A DNA stretch of 64,000 nucleotides from Alphaproteobacteria bacterium (GCA_965243135.1 OZ251539.1:4256001-4320000); one strand, 5' to 3'; positions 31,925 through 41,843 are shown, numbered from the stretch's first letter. Numbers and translations: made by a program. The notes: a model not told the origin generated them from the letters alone.

Positions 31925-32416
31925 TTACCGTTGCTGTCCGAACCTGTCACACCAATAGTCGTCGTTGCGAAATCGATCAATATCTTGAGACTTGCTCTCG
32001 AAAGTAAATTCGAGCAAATCGTTCGCCATCCAATCCTTGGGAAGGACGCGCCAAATTGTTAACAGGCACCTGTAGAAGTACCATTCACGCTCAGTCTTCT
32101 TCTTGGTGATCCAATTGACATCTACGCACTTCCCATCATTTCGATTTCCGGTTATGGTGCCGATGGCGTTGATTTTCATTACGGCGACAAAATTGCCTTG
32201 ATTGTCGAAAGGTAGATCACGTTTGCGATTGCATGTTGACTTGATCGCGATACGGTCGCCGGGATGCATGGAACGGACATCATCCAAATACTTATCTTCA
32301 TATCTGTTTTCCCAGATTCCTTCACTCAGAAAGCGGTCGATCTGATCTTCGCCGCCACGATGCATCGCTCCGACGAACCAATTCGGCCTCGGAGCTTTTT
32401 CGCCGCCTGTCATCAC
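31925..32416 (-). pseudogene. Truncated N-terminal domain of a McrB-like restriction GTPase
   Basis: WFVGA...RFLSEGIWEN...GDRIAIKS...REWYFY...DIDRFRN; stops before any NTPase domain; low GC. Confidence 0.6.
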
Positions 32417-32624
32417 TTTGCCCTCTTGTTTCCGGTTCCGTAACCAAGCACTTGAAGCCATAGGTATAGTGAAGGCGGAGTGGCGTCAACTTCGTCGTAC
32501 GTTGACGCATGTCCTTCCTGTGGGGTCATCATGGCTATATCGGGAATCGAAGATGAGACGGTTCCGGGCGAAGCCCCGATATCCAGTTGCGCCTTCCCTT
32601 GCTTCCACAGTCCTGTTCAGAGTT

Positions 32625-32819
32625 CAGCAATTCCCGCTAAGGCTCTAATCCTTGGAAAATATGGGGTTTCAGAAAAATTTTCCGTAGATTTTTCTGGGTA
32701 TTTCGGTGCAATTTGCCTTCGAATGAGGGATTTTCTTATGTCGCGGCGGCTTGTCCATTGGTAATTTCGCCTTCTCGGCGTACCTTTTGGACATGCGCCC
32801 GCCTTAGCGGGAATTGCTG
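32625..32819. mobile_element. 195-bp MITE related to the ISNCY-like IS
   Basis: Perfect 18-bp TIR CAGCAATTCCCGCTAAGG; exact TSD TTCAGAGTT at 32616-32624 and 32820-32828. Confidence 0.9.
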
Positions 32820-32891
32820 TTCAGAGTTTGCCGTCACGAGGAACTCGCCGACACGCTCTCGCTTTCCGTGCAGGTAAACTCCGCGGCGCGG

Positions 32892-33422
32892 TCAGTCCGG
32901 CTGCACCACCCCGACATAAGGCAGGCTCCTGTACATGTGAGCCATGTCGATGCCATATCCTACGACGAACGCGTTCCCCGCCGGAAAGCCGGCGAAATCC
33001 GCCTTGATGCTGACCTCCCGCTTTTCCTCCTTGTCCAGAAGGACGCAGCTGTGGACGACCCGCGCGCCGCGCTCCTTCATCAACTTCGCGGCGAAGGCTA
33101 GCGTTCGACCGGTATCGAGGATGTCGTCGACGATGAGAACGGACCGGTCGCGGACGTCCTCCGAAATATCGCGCGTCAACCTGACGTTGCCCGAACTCCT
33201 CGTGGCCTCGCCGTAGCTCGATAGCGTGATGAAATCGACGCGCGGCCGCATTCCCGCGCGGTCAAGAGCGCGCAGCAGATCGGCCGCGAACACGAAGCTC
33301 CCCTTGAGGACCACGATGATCAGCACGTCGGCCGGCAGCCGGCTGGCGATCTCCTGCGCGAGTTCGTCGATCCGGGTCGCTATCGTCGCGGCATCGAAAA
33401 GTACGTCGATCTTCTCCGTCAC
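32892..33422 (-). CDS. hpt: Hypoxanthine phosphoribosyltransferase
   Basis: VLKGSFVF, VLIVDDILDTGRTL, FVVGYGID; GTG start. Confidence 0.93.
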   Translation of the reverse strand: MTEKIDVLFDAATIATRIDELAQEIASRLPADVLIIVVLKGSFVFAADLLRALDRAGMRPRVDFITLSSYGEATRSSGNVRLTRDISEDVRDRSVLIVDDILDTGRTLAFAAKLMKERGARVVHSCVLLDKEEKREVSIKADFAGFPAGNAFVVGYGIDMAHMYRSLPYVGVVQPD

Positions 33423-34093
33423 TGGTTCCGCCTCCTGATCGCGTTTTCCGGATCGAGCGCGACATCGATGCTCCGGGTTCCCGGAGGTTCCGCGGACCGC
33501 GTCGAATACCTGACCGTTTCTCCCGGAAGCATGCGCCGTTTCGGCGGGGGAAAATGCCACATTCCGATCACGTCGCCCGAACCGTCGAGGAAGAACGCCG
33601 TCAGCCAGGGCGCGTCCATGGACGTTCGGGCGTTGTTCGTCACTTCGCCTCGCAGCGACACTGCGCCCGCCCTCCGGTAATGCTCGAAATCGCGCAACTC
33701 GAAACGCTTGCGCCAGGGTTCCCGATCCCACCGGACGAATTCGTACAATCGCTGCGCGCCCGGAACGGCCATGATCGATTCCCGAAATCCGACCGCAAGG
33801 ACGAATGCCGTCGCCGCGGCCAGAAACAGGAGCGCCCAGTTCTGCAACGCTGGCCGGCGGCGGGGCTTGACGACAGCCAAGGCCCCGGTTTTCTCCTGGA
33901 CTGTCGTGGACAGCGCCCCGTGCGACGCCTCGCCGGCCGGGGAAGCGTCCGGTTCCGGCGACCTGTCGGACGCCGGGCGAAACTGCTTCCAGACATGCTC
34001 GCACCCGGCGCATTTCACCCTGCGGCCGTTCGGGCCGATCTCTTGCGGATCGACGACGTAGCGGGTCGCGCACGACGGACAGGAAACGATCAT
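33419..34093 (-). CDS. Zinc-ribbon (MJ0042-type) / DUF3426-like membrane protein
   Basis: CPSC...VKCAGCEHVW, one TM segment, GEVTN. Confidence 0.8.
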   Translation of the reverse strand: MIVSCPSCATRYVVDPQEIGPNGRRVKCAGCEHVWKQFRPASDRSPEPDASPAGEASHGALSTTVQEKTGALAVVKPRRRPALQNWALLFLAAATAFVLAVGFRESIMAVPGAQRLYEFVRWDREPWRKRFELRDFEHYRRAGAVSLRGEVTNNARTSMDAPWLTAFFLDGSGDVIGMWHFPPPKRRMLPGETVRYSTRSAEPPGTRSIDVALDPENAIRRRNQ

Positions 34094-34380
34094 GGCATCC
34101 CCATACTCCCAGACGGCCGGCCTTACAAGCCGCCCCGCCCGCCGCCGACCGCAGCGCGCTCGTTCCGCCCGCGCTCGAACGCCGCGCCGGAACTCTGGAC
34201 GTAACGGGCCGGTCTGTGCGATTCTGCGGCCGTGTCTTACTTGCGGCCATCGTTCGATTCAGCGGCGGCGAAACCCGCGCCGGACGCCGCGCCGTTCCCG
34301 GCCGGCCGGGCAGCGATTCCGCGCGCGGCTCGTTCTCGGCGAGGAAGGCGGCCGAACCGCGCCGCGCCGCGTCCGGGGCG

Positions 34381-34971
34381 ATGAGATACGGCAAGCGCCG
34401 GCGGCGCACGAAAACCGCGCTCCTTTGCCTCGCGCTGATCCTTCTTTGCTGGGGGGCCGGCTTTTACTGGTTCACGAGATTGATACCGACGCCCGGGCCC
34501 GTGTCGGAAGAAGCGACTGACGCCATCGTCGTCCTCACGGGCGGCGCCGGGCGCGTTCGGGAAGGCCTCAGGCTCCTCGAAAACGGCCTTGCGGGAAAAC
34601 TCTTCGTTTCCGGGGTGTATCGCGGCGTCGACGTGCAGGCGCTGTTGCGCCACGCCCGGCAGGAGCCGGGGAACCTCGAATGCTGCATCGTGCTCGGCTA
34701 CGTCGCGGACAATACCCGCGGCAACGCGCGCGAAACGGCCACGTGGATCGAACGGGAGCGCCACGGATCGCTGAGGCTGGTCACGGCCAGCTACCACATG
34801 CCGCGCAGCCTGCTGGAATTCAGGCGCGTTCTCCCCTCCGAGTTCGACCTTGTCGCCCATCCTGTCCACCCGGAACATTTTCAGGCTTGGTGGCGCAGCC
34901 GCAACTCACTCCGCCTTGCGCTCTCGGAGTATCACAAATACCTGTTCGCCCTCGCCGTCGGATTCCTGTGA
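34381..34971 (+). CDS. YdcF/DUF218 family protein
   Basis: DAIVVLTGG, NTRGNA, LVTASYHMPRS. Confidence 0.88.
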   Translation: MRYGKRRRRTKTALLCLALILLCWGAGFYWFTRLIPTPGPVSEEATDAIVVLTGGAGRVREGLRLLENGLAGKLFVSGVYRGVDVQALLRHARQEPGNLECCIVLGYVADNTRGNARETATWIERERHGSLRLVTASYHMPRSLLEFRRVLPSEFDLVAHPVHPEHFQAWWRSRNSLRLALSEYHKYLFALAVGFL

Positions 34972-34977
34972 GGCCCC

Positions 34978-35715
34978 GTGACCCTGCTTCGCTCAGCCGC
35001 TTTCAACGTTCTCATGTTCGTATGGACGATCCTTCTGTACCTCGCGTACGTGCCCGTTCTGGCGCTTCCTTCGCCCGCCATTATCGCCTGCGTGCGCTTC
35101 TGGGCGTTCTCGCTGTTCGCGCTTCACAGAGCGATCCTCGGCCTTTCCTTCGAGTTCAGGGGCGACCTGCCCGAGGGCGGCTTCATCGCCGCGTCGGCGC
35201 ATCAGTCGGCCTGGGACGTGTTCGGCTTCCACGCGGCGTTCCGCGCTCCGGTCTACGTGCTGAAGAAGGAACTGACCCGAATACCGCTGTTTTCCGTGTT
35301 CGTGCGCAGGCTGGGCATGATCGCCATAGACAGGTCGGGCAGCCCGGCCTCGACCCGCGCGATGCTGCGCGCCGCGCCGGCCGCGTTGGCCGCGGGCCGG
35401 CCCGTCGTCGTTTTTCCCGGCGGCACGCGGTCGGCACCCGGCGTCGAACCCGAACCTCTCGCCGGCATCGGAGCGCTTTACCGGTTTTGCGGGGTGCCGG
35501 TCGTTCCGGTTTCCCTGAATACCGGCGTCTACTGGGGACGCCGGAGCTTCGTCAAGAAACCCGGCGTCATGATCGTCGAATTCGGCGAACCCATTCCTCC
35601 CGGCCTGAAACGGGAGGAGTTCATGGCCTTGTTGGCGGAACGCATCGCGTCCGGAAACGCGCGCCTGCTGGCCGCCGCCCGCCAAGATTCGGACGCGCCG
35701 GGCGAACGCGCGTAG
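34978..35715 (+). CDS. plsC: 1-acyl-sn-glycerol-3-phosphate acyltransferase
   Basis: HQSAWD (HxxxxD), LKKEL, FPGGTR. Confidence 0.82.
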   Translation: MTLLRSAAFNVLMFVWTILLYLAYVPVLALPSPAIIACVRFWAFSLFALHRAILGLSFEFRGDLPEGGFIAASAHQSAWDVFGFHAAFRAPVYVLKKELTRIPLFSVFVRRLGMIAIDRSGSPASTRAMLRAAPAALAAGRPVVVFPGGTRSAPGVEPEPLAGIGALYRFCGVPVVPVSLNTGVYWGRRSFVKKPGVMIVEFGEPIPPGLKREEFMALLAERIASGNARLLAAARQDSDAPGERA

Positions 35716-35742
35716 CGTCCCCAGGAATCCGAACGGAGCCGC

Positions 35743-36714
35743 TCAGGACAGGAACGCGTCGAACTCGCGCCAGAAGAGAGTGCGCCGCTCGTCCCTCTCC
35801 ATGAGGATTTCGTGCCGCGAGTCTGGAATTTCGACCCATTCGCAGCGCGGCAACGCGCCGCAGACCGCCTTTTGCGCCGCGATCGAAACTACCCTTTCGT
35901 CCGTCGGGATGCACACGAGTATCGGGCAGGTTTCGGGTCCGGCGGCGGTAACCGCGCGCAACCGGTCAATGCTCCGAAGCGCCGCGCCGAGCCAGCCGAA
36001 CGTCGGCCCGCCCAGCGCCACGGCCGGGTTGGCGGCGATGGCGGCGCGCGTCCGGTCGAAGCGAACGCGGTCGCCGGTCAGCGGATTCCCTTCAAATGCC
36101 GCGCGCTCCGCGGCGTGGGGCCCTGTCCCGGGCAAGTACCATTCGCCCATGCCGAAACCCGCCGCGAAAGCCGTCAGCCACCGGACGGAAGCGGCCGCGC
36201 ACCGGGAAAGAGGCAGATCGATCATCGGCGCCAGGAGAATCATGCAATCGGGCGCGATTTTCGCTTCGAGAACGGCTCGCAACGCGATGTGGCCTCCCAT
36301 GGAATGCGCGAGCACGCAGGTCGTCGCGGCGCGGCGGGGAGCCACGAAGGTTTCCGCGAACCAGGCGAGATCGCGGAGATAGGCGTCGAAGTCGTCGATG
36401 TATCCCTTGCGGCGGTCGGCGAGCGCGCGGTCCGAAAGCCCTTGGCCGCGCCAGTCCATGGCCCACACGCAGAAGCCGCGCTCGCGCAGTTCGCCGATGG
36501 TTTCCTCGTATTTCTCGAGGAATTCCGACCGGCCCGGCAACAGCACGACCTGTCCGCGTTCGCCCTCGGCGGGCCAGAACCCGACGCGCAGCCGCGCGCC
36601 GTCGGGAGCGGTTTCGCGGCGCGTGAAGCCCGCTTTCACGGCCGGATCCGGCGTTGGGCGGCGGCAAGAAGCGTCGCCTCGCCGGAGCCGCGAAAAATCG
36701 GGTTTTTCCGGCAA
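35743..36714 (-). CDS. Lysophospholipase-like alpha/beta hydrolase (start uncertain)
   Basis: PGRSEFLEKY, DWRGQGLS, AHSMGG, HEILME. Confidence 0.85.
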   Translation of the reverse strand: MPEKPDFSRLRRGDASCRRPTPDPAVKAGFTRRETAPDGARLRVGFWPAEGERGQVVLLPGRSEFLEKYEETIGELRERGFCVWAMDWRGQGLSDRALADRRKGYIDDFDAYLRDLAWFAETFVAPRRAATTCVLAHSMGGHIALRAVLEAKIAPDCMILLAPMIDLPLSRCAAASVRWLTAFAAGFGMGEWYLPGTGPHAAERAAFEGNPLTGDRVRFDRTRAAIAANPAVALGGPTFGWLGAALRSIDRLRAVTAAGPETCPILVCIPTDERVVSIAAQKAVCGALPRCEWVEIPDSRHEILMERDERRTLFWREFDAFLS

Positions 36715-36721
36715 ACGTCCC

Positions 36722-37567
36722 TTATTCCGGCGGGACCACGTCCGCGCGGATGGCGCCGACGCGCCCGATCTCGATTTCCAGCTCGTCGCCGGGCTTGAGC
36801 CATCTGGGAGGATCGAAACTCGCCGCCACGCCGTGCGGAGAGCCGGTCGTGATCATGTCGCCCGGCGCGAGCGTAACGAACGTCGAAACGTAGCTCACGA
36901 GATACGCGACGGAAAAAACGAGATCGCCGGTATGCCCTCGCTGCCGCTCCTCCCCGTTCACGCGCGTCACGAGCGTCATGTCGGACGGATCTCCCGCTTC
37001 GTCCGCCGTCGCGATCCACGGTCCGAGAAGTCCCGACCGCTCCCAGTTCTTTCCGGGCGCGACCTGCGGACCGCGCTTTTGCCAGTCGCGCACGCTGCCG
37101 TCGTTGCAGATCGTGTAGCCGGCGACGCAATCCAGCGCATCCTCCTCCTTCACGCGGCGCGCGGTTCGCCCGATCACCGCCGTCAGTTCGCCCTCGTAGT
37201 CGAACTGCGCGGAATGCGACGGCATGACCATATGCCCCAGATGCGGCGCGAAAGTGCGGGGAAACCGAGAAAAGACGCTTGGCCATTCCGGCATCGCGTA
37301 ACCCATTTCCGCGATGTGCGCGGCGTAGTTCTGGCCGACGCAAAAGATCTTCTCCGGGTTCGGAACGGGCAGGCGCCATTCCACCTCTCCGAGGCCGAAA
37401 TCCGCCTCCGCTCCGGACGCGGCGCGCGCCGCCTCGTCCAGCGCGCCGTTCTCCAGCACCTGGCGCATGTCCCGCTCCGGCAACCTGTCGGTCAGGTCGA
37501 CGATTCCGTCCTCCCTGACAGCGCCGAACCGTTCGCGTCCGCCCTGCGCGTAGCTCGCCAGCCGCAT
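36722..37567 (-). CDS. Fumarylacetoacetate hydrolase family protein
   Basis: CVGQNY, DYEGEL, NDGSVRDWQ, GKN, PGDMITTGSP. Confidence 0.9.
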   Translation of the reverse strand: MRLASYAQGGRERFGAVREDGIVDLTDRLPERDMRQVLENGALDEAARAASGAEADFGLGEVEWRLPVPNPEKIFCVGQNYAAHIAEMGYAMPEWPSVFSRFPRTFAPHLGHMVMPSHSAQFDYEGELTAVIGRTARRVKEEDALDCVAGYTICNDGSVRDWQKRGPQVAPGKNWERSGLLGPWIATADEAGDPSDMTLVTRVNGEERQRGHTGDLVFSVAYLVSYVSTFVTLAPGDMITTGSPHGVAASFDPPRWLKPGDELEIEIGRVGAIRADVVPPE

Positions 37568-37582
37568 TCCGTCCTCCGCAGG

Positions 37583-38425
37583 CTATTCCGGCGCCACCCC
37601 GTTGGTCAGGACGCCGATCGGCTCGATGGCGACGCTGACGGTCTGACCGGATCTCAGCCATTTCGGCGGATCGCTTTCGACGGCCGAGCCGCCCGGCGAA
37701 CCGGTGGCGATCATGTCGCCGGGTTCGAGCCAAGTGAATCTGGAAATGTGCGATATGAGGAACGGGATCTTGAAGACCATCATGTCGCTGCCGCCGTCCT
37801 GCCGGACCTCGCCGTCGACCAGGGTCTTGATGCGCAGGCGGCCCGGATCGTCGATCTCGTCGCGGGTGGCCATCCAGGGGCCGATGCCGCCCGACCGGAA
37901 GAAATTCTTTCCGGGGCAGTTCTGCGTCCCTTTCGACTGCCAGTCCCGAACGCTGCCTTCGTTGACTATCGTATATCCCGCCACGTAGTCGAGCGCCCTT
38001 TCCTCCGGGATATGGCGGCCCGCCTTCCCCATTATCACGGCGATCTCGCCCTCGTAGTCCAGCTGCTCCGACGCCTTGGGCAGCAGGATCGCTTCCTCGT
38101 GCGCCGCGAAGCTCGAGGCGAAACGGGGAAAGACGCTCGGCCATTCGGGATCGCCGTCCTCGCGCACTTCATGATAGGCGCGGTAGTTGCGGCCGACGCA
38201 GAGTATTTTCCCGGGCGTCGTGATCGGGAACATGTACTCGATCTCGCCGAGCGACACGTCGGGCGTCGTTCCGGCCGCGAGCCGCTCCATCTCGCCGACC
38301 GAAAGCCCGGCGACGGCGGATTTGAGGTCGCGGTGATCGAGGCGGACGCTCATGTCCACGATTCCGCCGTCCGCGACGACTCCGAAGGCTTCGCGGCCGC
38401 CGTGCCTGTAGCTGACGAGTTTCAT
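37583..38425 (-). CDS. Fumarylacetoacetate hydrolase family protein (paralog)
   Basis: CVGRNY, DYEGEI, NEGSVRDWQ, GKNF, PGDMIATGSP. Confidence 0.9.
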   Translation of the reverse strand: MKLVSYRHGGREAFGVVADGGIVDMSVRLDHRDLKSAVAGLSVGEMERLAAGTTPDVSLGEIEYMFPITTPGKILCVGRNYRAYHEVREDGDPEWPSVFPRFASSFAAHEEAILLPKASEQLDYEGEIAVIMGKAGRHIPEERALDYVAGYTIVNEGSVRDWQSKGTQNCPGKNFFRSGGIGPWMATRDEIDDPGRLRIKTLVDGEVRQDGGSDMMVFKIPFLISHISRFTWLEPGDMIATGSPGGSAVESDPPKWLRSGQTVSVAIEPIGVLTNGVAPE

Positions 38426-38461
38426 GGCCCTTCCCGCGCGTCTCCCTCCGCCGTCGGCGTT

Positions 38462-39034
38462 TTATCGCGTTTTTCCGCGGAACGAAACCTCCGCGGCTTC
38501 GAACTCCAGCGCGCGGCGCAGCAACGGACGCAGATCGCCGGGGTCGATCCCCATGCGCTCCAGCTGCGCGACCGTGCCCGCCAGATAATCGATATTGGGG
38601 CCGCGGCGGCCCGCCGCGGCCGCGATCCTCCGGGCGGTCTCGTCGAAGCTCAATCCGCCCGCGAAGATTCTGCCGCCGCGATCGACGACCAGCGTGTAGC
38701 CCGCGACCCGGCGGCCCGGAAGATGCAGGATCGCGCGGCGGCAGACATAGATGGGATCGTCCTCCATCTCGCGTCGCGAGATCGCGGCGATCGCTTCTTC
38801 GCGATTCCCGGCGGCAACGCGCATGGCGAGTCCGGCGCAGGAACCGCCTTTCTCGAGCCCCAAGGAAAGCCCCGGTTTCTCCGGCGTGCCGCGATAGGTT
38901 TCCGAACTGACGCAAAAGGAGCGCCGCCAGCCGAAAATCCGCGCGGGAATCGCTTCCGCCGGCTCGAACGGCGCGTCCCACATCAGCGAACCGTAGGCGA
39001 AGAACCAGAAACCGCCGGGATCGGGAATAGTCAG
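38462..39034 (-). CDS. ChaC-like gamma-glutamylcyclotransferase (start uncertain)
   Basis: WFFAYGSLMW, YRGTPEKPGL, RREM, GPNIDYL. Confidence 0.82.
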   Translation of the reverse strand: MTIPDPGGFWFFAYGSLMWDAPFEPAEAIPARIFGWRRSFCVSSETYRGTPEKPGLSLGLEKGGSCAGLAMRVAAGNREEAIAAISRREMEDDPIYVCRRAILHLPGRRVAGYTLVVDRGGRIFAGGLSFDETARRIAAAAGRRGPNIDYLAGTVAQLERMGIDPGDLRPLLRRALEFEAAEVSFRGKTR

Positions 39035-39050
39035 CCCGCGCGGCGGGCGG

Positions 39051-39932
39051 TCACCGCCCTCTCCGCACCGCAAGAGCGACCCCTCCCGTGGCGAGCGCCA
39101 TCCCCGCGAGGGCAAGCCACGACATGACCTCGCCGAACATCGCCCATCCCATCAGCGCCGTGGTCGGCGGGCTGAGGTAGATCAGGCTGGTGATCCGCGC
39201 GGCCGCGCCGCGCTGTATCATCCAGTAGTAAAGGCATATCGCGACGACCGACAGACCCACCGCCGACCACAGAACGGCCAGCGCGAAGGCGCCGGTCCAT
39301 TCCACTTCCATCGTTTCGAAAACCGCCGCGAATCCGAACATGACGGCGCACGACATCACGTTCTGCATGGCGACGCCGGTCCGCACGTCGAAGACGCCGC
39401 AGAAGCGCTTCTGGTAGAGCGTGCCCGCCGTTATGGCGAGGAGTCCGAGAACCGGCATCGCGAGTCCCCACCAGGCGTCGGCCGGCGACGCCACCCGATC
39501 CCAAACGACGAGAGTCAACCCTGCGAAACCGAGCGCCAGGCCCGCCCAGTTTCCGCGGGTGATCCGTTCGCCGAGCGCGAAACCCGCAAGAACTCCGGTC
39601 AGGAGCGGCTGAAGGCCGACGATCAGCGCCGTCACGCCGGTGGAAACGCCGAACCAGATGCCGTAATAGACCCCGACGAGATACAGCGTCTGAACCCCGA
39701 AGCCCGCGACGAGAATGTGGAAGGCTTCCCGGAGGCTGCTTGGCCAGACGGCCTTCAGCAGGAAGCATGCCGGAACCAGGATGAGCGATCCCACGACGAA
39801 GCGAGCGGCCATCAGCGTAAAGGGCTCGGCGTACGGCAACCCGTATTTCGCGGCGACGAATCCGCTGGCCCACAGAAATATGAAGGACGTCGCCGCAAGA
39901 GCGAACGGACCCGGAGGAAGTTGATTGGTCAT
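39051..39932 (-). CDS. EamA/DMT transporter
   Basis: LWASGFV, EPFT...RF, LQPLLT...LGER; many hydrophobic segments. Confidence 0.88.
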   Translation of the reverse strand: MTNQLPPGPFALAATSFIFLWASGFVAAKYGLPYAEPFTLMAARFVVGSLILVPACFLLKAVWPSSLREAFHILVAGFGVQTLYLVGVYYGIWFGVSTGVTALIVGLQPLLTGVLAGFALGERITRGNWAGLALGFAGLTLVVWDRVASPADAWWGLAMPVLGLLAITAGTLYQKRFCGVFDVRTGVAMQNVMSCAVMFGFAAVFETMEVEWTGAFALAVLWSAVGLSVVAICLYYWMIQRGAAARITSLIYLSPPTTALMGWAMFGEVMSWLALAGMALATGGVALAVRRGR

Positions 39933-40019
39933 TCGTGCAGTCTTGCGTCCCTGCGTGCCCGCCCGTCGCCGTTCGCGGGGAACTTCCGGCGGCGCCTTCG
40001 CCAGCGAGGCAGTATAGGG

Positions 40020-40970
40020 ATGGGGCATCGTGCGGTCATACCGGCGCTCGTCGTCGCGGCGGCGCTGGGCTACGCGTTCTACTGGCACCTTCTTTCGGAA
40101 CGCGTCCTCGACAGAATCGCGGAATGGGCCGTCGAACGGCGCGGCGCGGGATGGGCGGTCGAATTCGGCGAACTCGAACGCGCCGGATTTCCGTTCCGCG
40201 TATCGATCCGAATCCGCGGGGCGCGGATGGCCGCTCCGGGCGAAAGTCTGGAATGGCGCCTGCCGGACGCGACGTTGACGATGCGCGCGTGGGAGCCCGG
40301 ACGGGTCATGATCGACGCGCCGGGAACGCATCGCGCCGCGCTCGGCGGAAGCGAGGCCGTCGTCGAAGCGGCGGAAGCCGAAATCGTTTTCGGCAGGCGG
40401 CGCGCGACGACGCTGCGCCTCGCCGCCCCGTCGGTCCGGCTGTCGGGAGGCGCGACGCTGGACATCCGAAACCTCGGCGCCCGCATCGAGAAGCAGGCCG
40501 GAAGCCCGGCCCGGTTCGCGCTGCGCGCCCAGTCGCTTTCCGCGCCGCGGCTGCCGCGGCCGGACCGGGCGATCACGGAAATCCGGCTGGAAGGCGTGGT
40601 CGAGGGATTCGCGGAGCCCGCCGGGTCGCTCGGAGTCTGGGCGGAGCGATGGCGGGACGCAGGCGGAAGGGTCGCGCTGCGCGAGTTCGCCTTGTCATGG
40701 GGATCCCTGAACGTCCGGGGCGACGGCGCTTTCCGTCTGGACGGCGACCTGCAGCCGGAAGGCGGACTGAACGTCGGGATCGCGGATATCGACCGAGCGG
40801 CCGAGGCGCTGGCCGCCGCCGGAATCGCGCCCTCCGTGGCCATGCTCGCCCTCAAGCTCATGCGCAACGCGGACGGTTCCGTCCGCGTGCCCGTCAAGCT
40901 TCAGCGCCGTCGCCTCTATCTCGGCCCCGTCCGGGTGCTCGAGCTTCGTCCGGTTCGCTGGACTCCCTGA
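40020..40970 (+). CDS. DUF2125-like protein
   Basis: N-terminal TM anchor, GFPFR, WRDAGG...WG...GxFRLD..LQPEG. Confidence 0.7.
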   Translation: MGHRAVIPALVVAAALGYAFYWHLLSERVLDRIAEWAVERRGAGWAVEFGELERAGFPFRVSIRIRGARMAAPGESLEWRLPDATLTMRAWEPGRVMIDAPGTHRAALGGSEAVVEAAEAEIVFGRRRATTLRLAAPSVRLSGGATLDIRNLGARIEKQAGSPARFALRAQSLSAPRLPRPDRAITEIRLEGVVEGFAEPAGSLGVWAERWRDAGGRVALREFALSWGSLNVRGDGAFRLDGDLQPEGGLNVGIADIDRAAEALAAAGIAPSVAMLALKLMRNADGSVRVPVKLQRRRLYLGPVRVLELRPVRWTP

Positions 40971-41179
40971 CGACGGCTTGCCTTCCGGCGCGCGACGCGG
41001 CGCCGGAAACTCCGCCCGCCGACCGGGGGGATCTCCCGTCTCGCGCGGGCGCGACGGAAAGCGGAAAGTTCCGGCCGCCGACGCGCCAACGGGATTGCAG
41101 TATGCTCCCGCAGGGGTTATTTTCGACAGGGAGAGTCGGAACGCTCTTCCCGAAAGGGTCATGTCTGGAGACGGTACGG

Positions 41180-41518
41180 ATGGAAATAAAGACGGAAAGG
41201 GAAAGCGGCGCGCTGATTGCGTGCGCGGAGGGGCGCATCGACGGCGTCAACGCGAGGGACTTCGAGGATGCGATAACGGCAGCGATCGGCGATACCGAAC
41301 GCGTCGTGATTATCGACCTCGAATATCTGTCCTACATCAGCAGCGCAGGCCTCCGGGCCATTCTGCTGACCGCCAAGAATCTATGGAAACGGAACGCGAA
41401 ATTCGCGCTCTGCTCGCTCCCGGATCCCATCAGGGAAATCGTCGAGGTCGCCGGTTTCGACAAGATCATTCCGGTTCACCCCGACCGGGCGCAGGCCGTC
41501 GCCGCGCTTTCCGCCTGA
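41180..41518 (+). CDS. STAS-domain anti-sigma factor antagonist
   Basis: GRIDG, DLEYLSYISSAGLR (phosphorylatable Ser motif). Confidence 0.9.
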   Translation: MEIKTERESGALIACAEGRIDGVNARDFEDAITAAIGDTERVVIIDLEYLSYISSAGLRAILLTAKNLWKRNAKFALCSLPDPIREIVEVAGFDKIIPVHPDRAQAVAALSA

Positions 41519-41688
41519 TTCCCTCGGCCGCCGAGCGCGGCACCCTCCCGGCGCCGCGGGCGTCGAATCCGTTTGGCGCGCTCGTCGCGGCCGCGCCGGC
41601 CCGCGTGGCTGGCCAACCTCGAAGGTTGCTTGCTGTCCGCCGCCTGATCCGGCGGCGTGCGTAGCGCGCCTCGAACTTGACGGGGCGC

Positions 41689-41718
41689 TTGAGCCGGGCA
41701 CGGCGTCTTTCCTATAGT
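41689..41718 (+). promoter_or_regulatory. Putative sigma70 promoter for the candidate RNA
   Basis: TTGAGC-N18-TATAGT in GC-rich context; no + strand gene follows. Confidence 0.45.
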
Positions 41719-41725
41719 GGCCGAC

Positions 41726-41843
41726 GCCGCCGGGTAGGCCGGGTAATAGGGGAAACCCGAATCGCTCGTGTTCCCGGTAGATGGTTTGTCGGCTTCGTCC
41801 GGCCAGCGTACTGGATCGAGGGTGGCGTCTCGTCCCGGCGGCA
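41726..41843 (+). ncRNA. Candidate structured non-coding RNA (~117 nt)
   Basis: Perfect 9-bp closing stem GCCGCCGGG/CCCGGCGGC; internal GCCGGG/CCCGGT stem, GGG-GAAA-CCC, CCAG-CGTA-CTGG and CGAGG-GTGGCG-TCTCG hairpins; begins 7 nt after the -10 box. Confidence 0.45.

Noticed and set aside
41726-41843. HDV-like ribozyme or true tRNA as the identity of the candidate RNA
   Set aside because: I could not map a nested double pseudoknot; no TTCRA T-loop, anticodon arm or CCA
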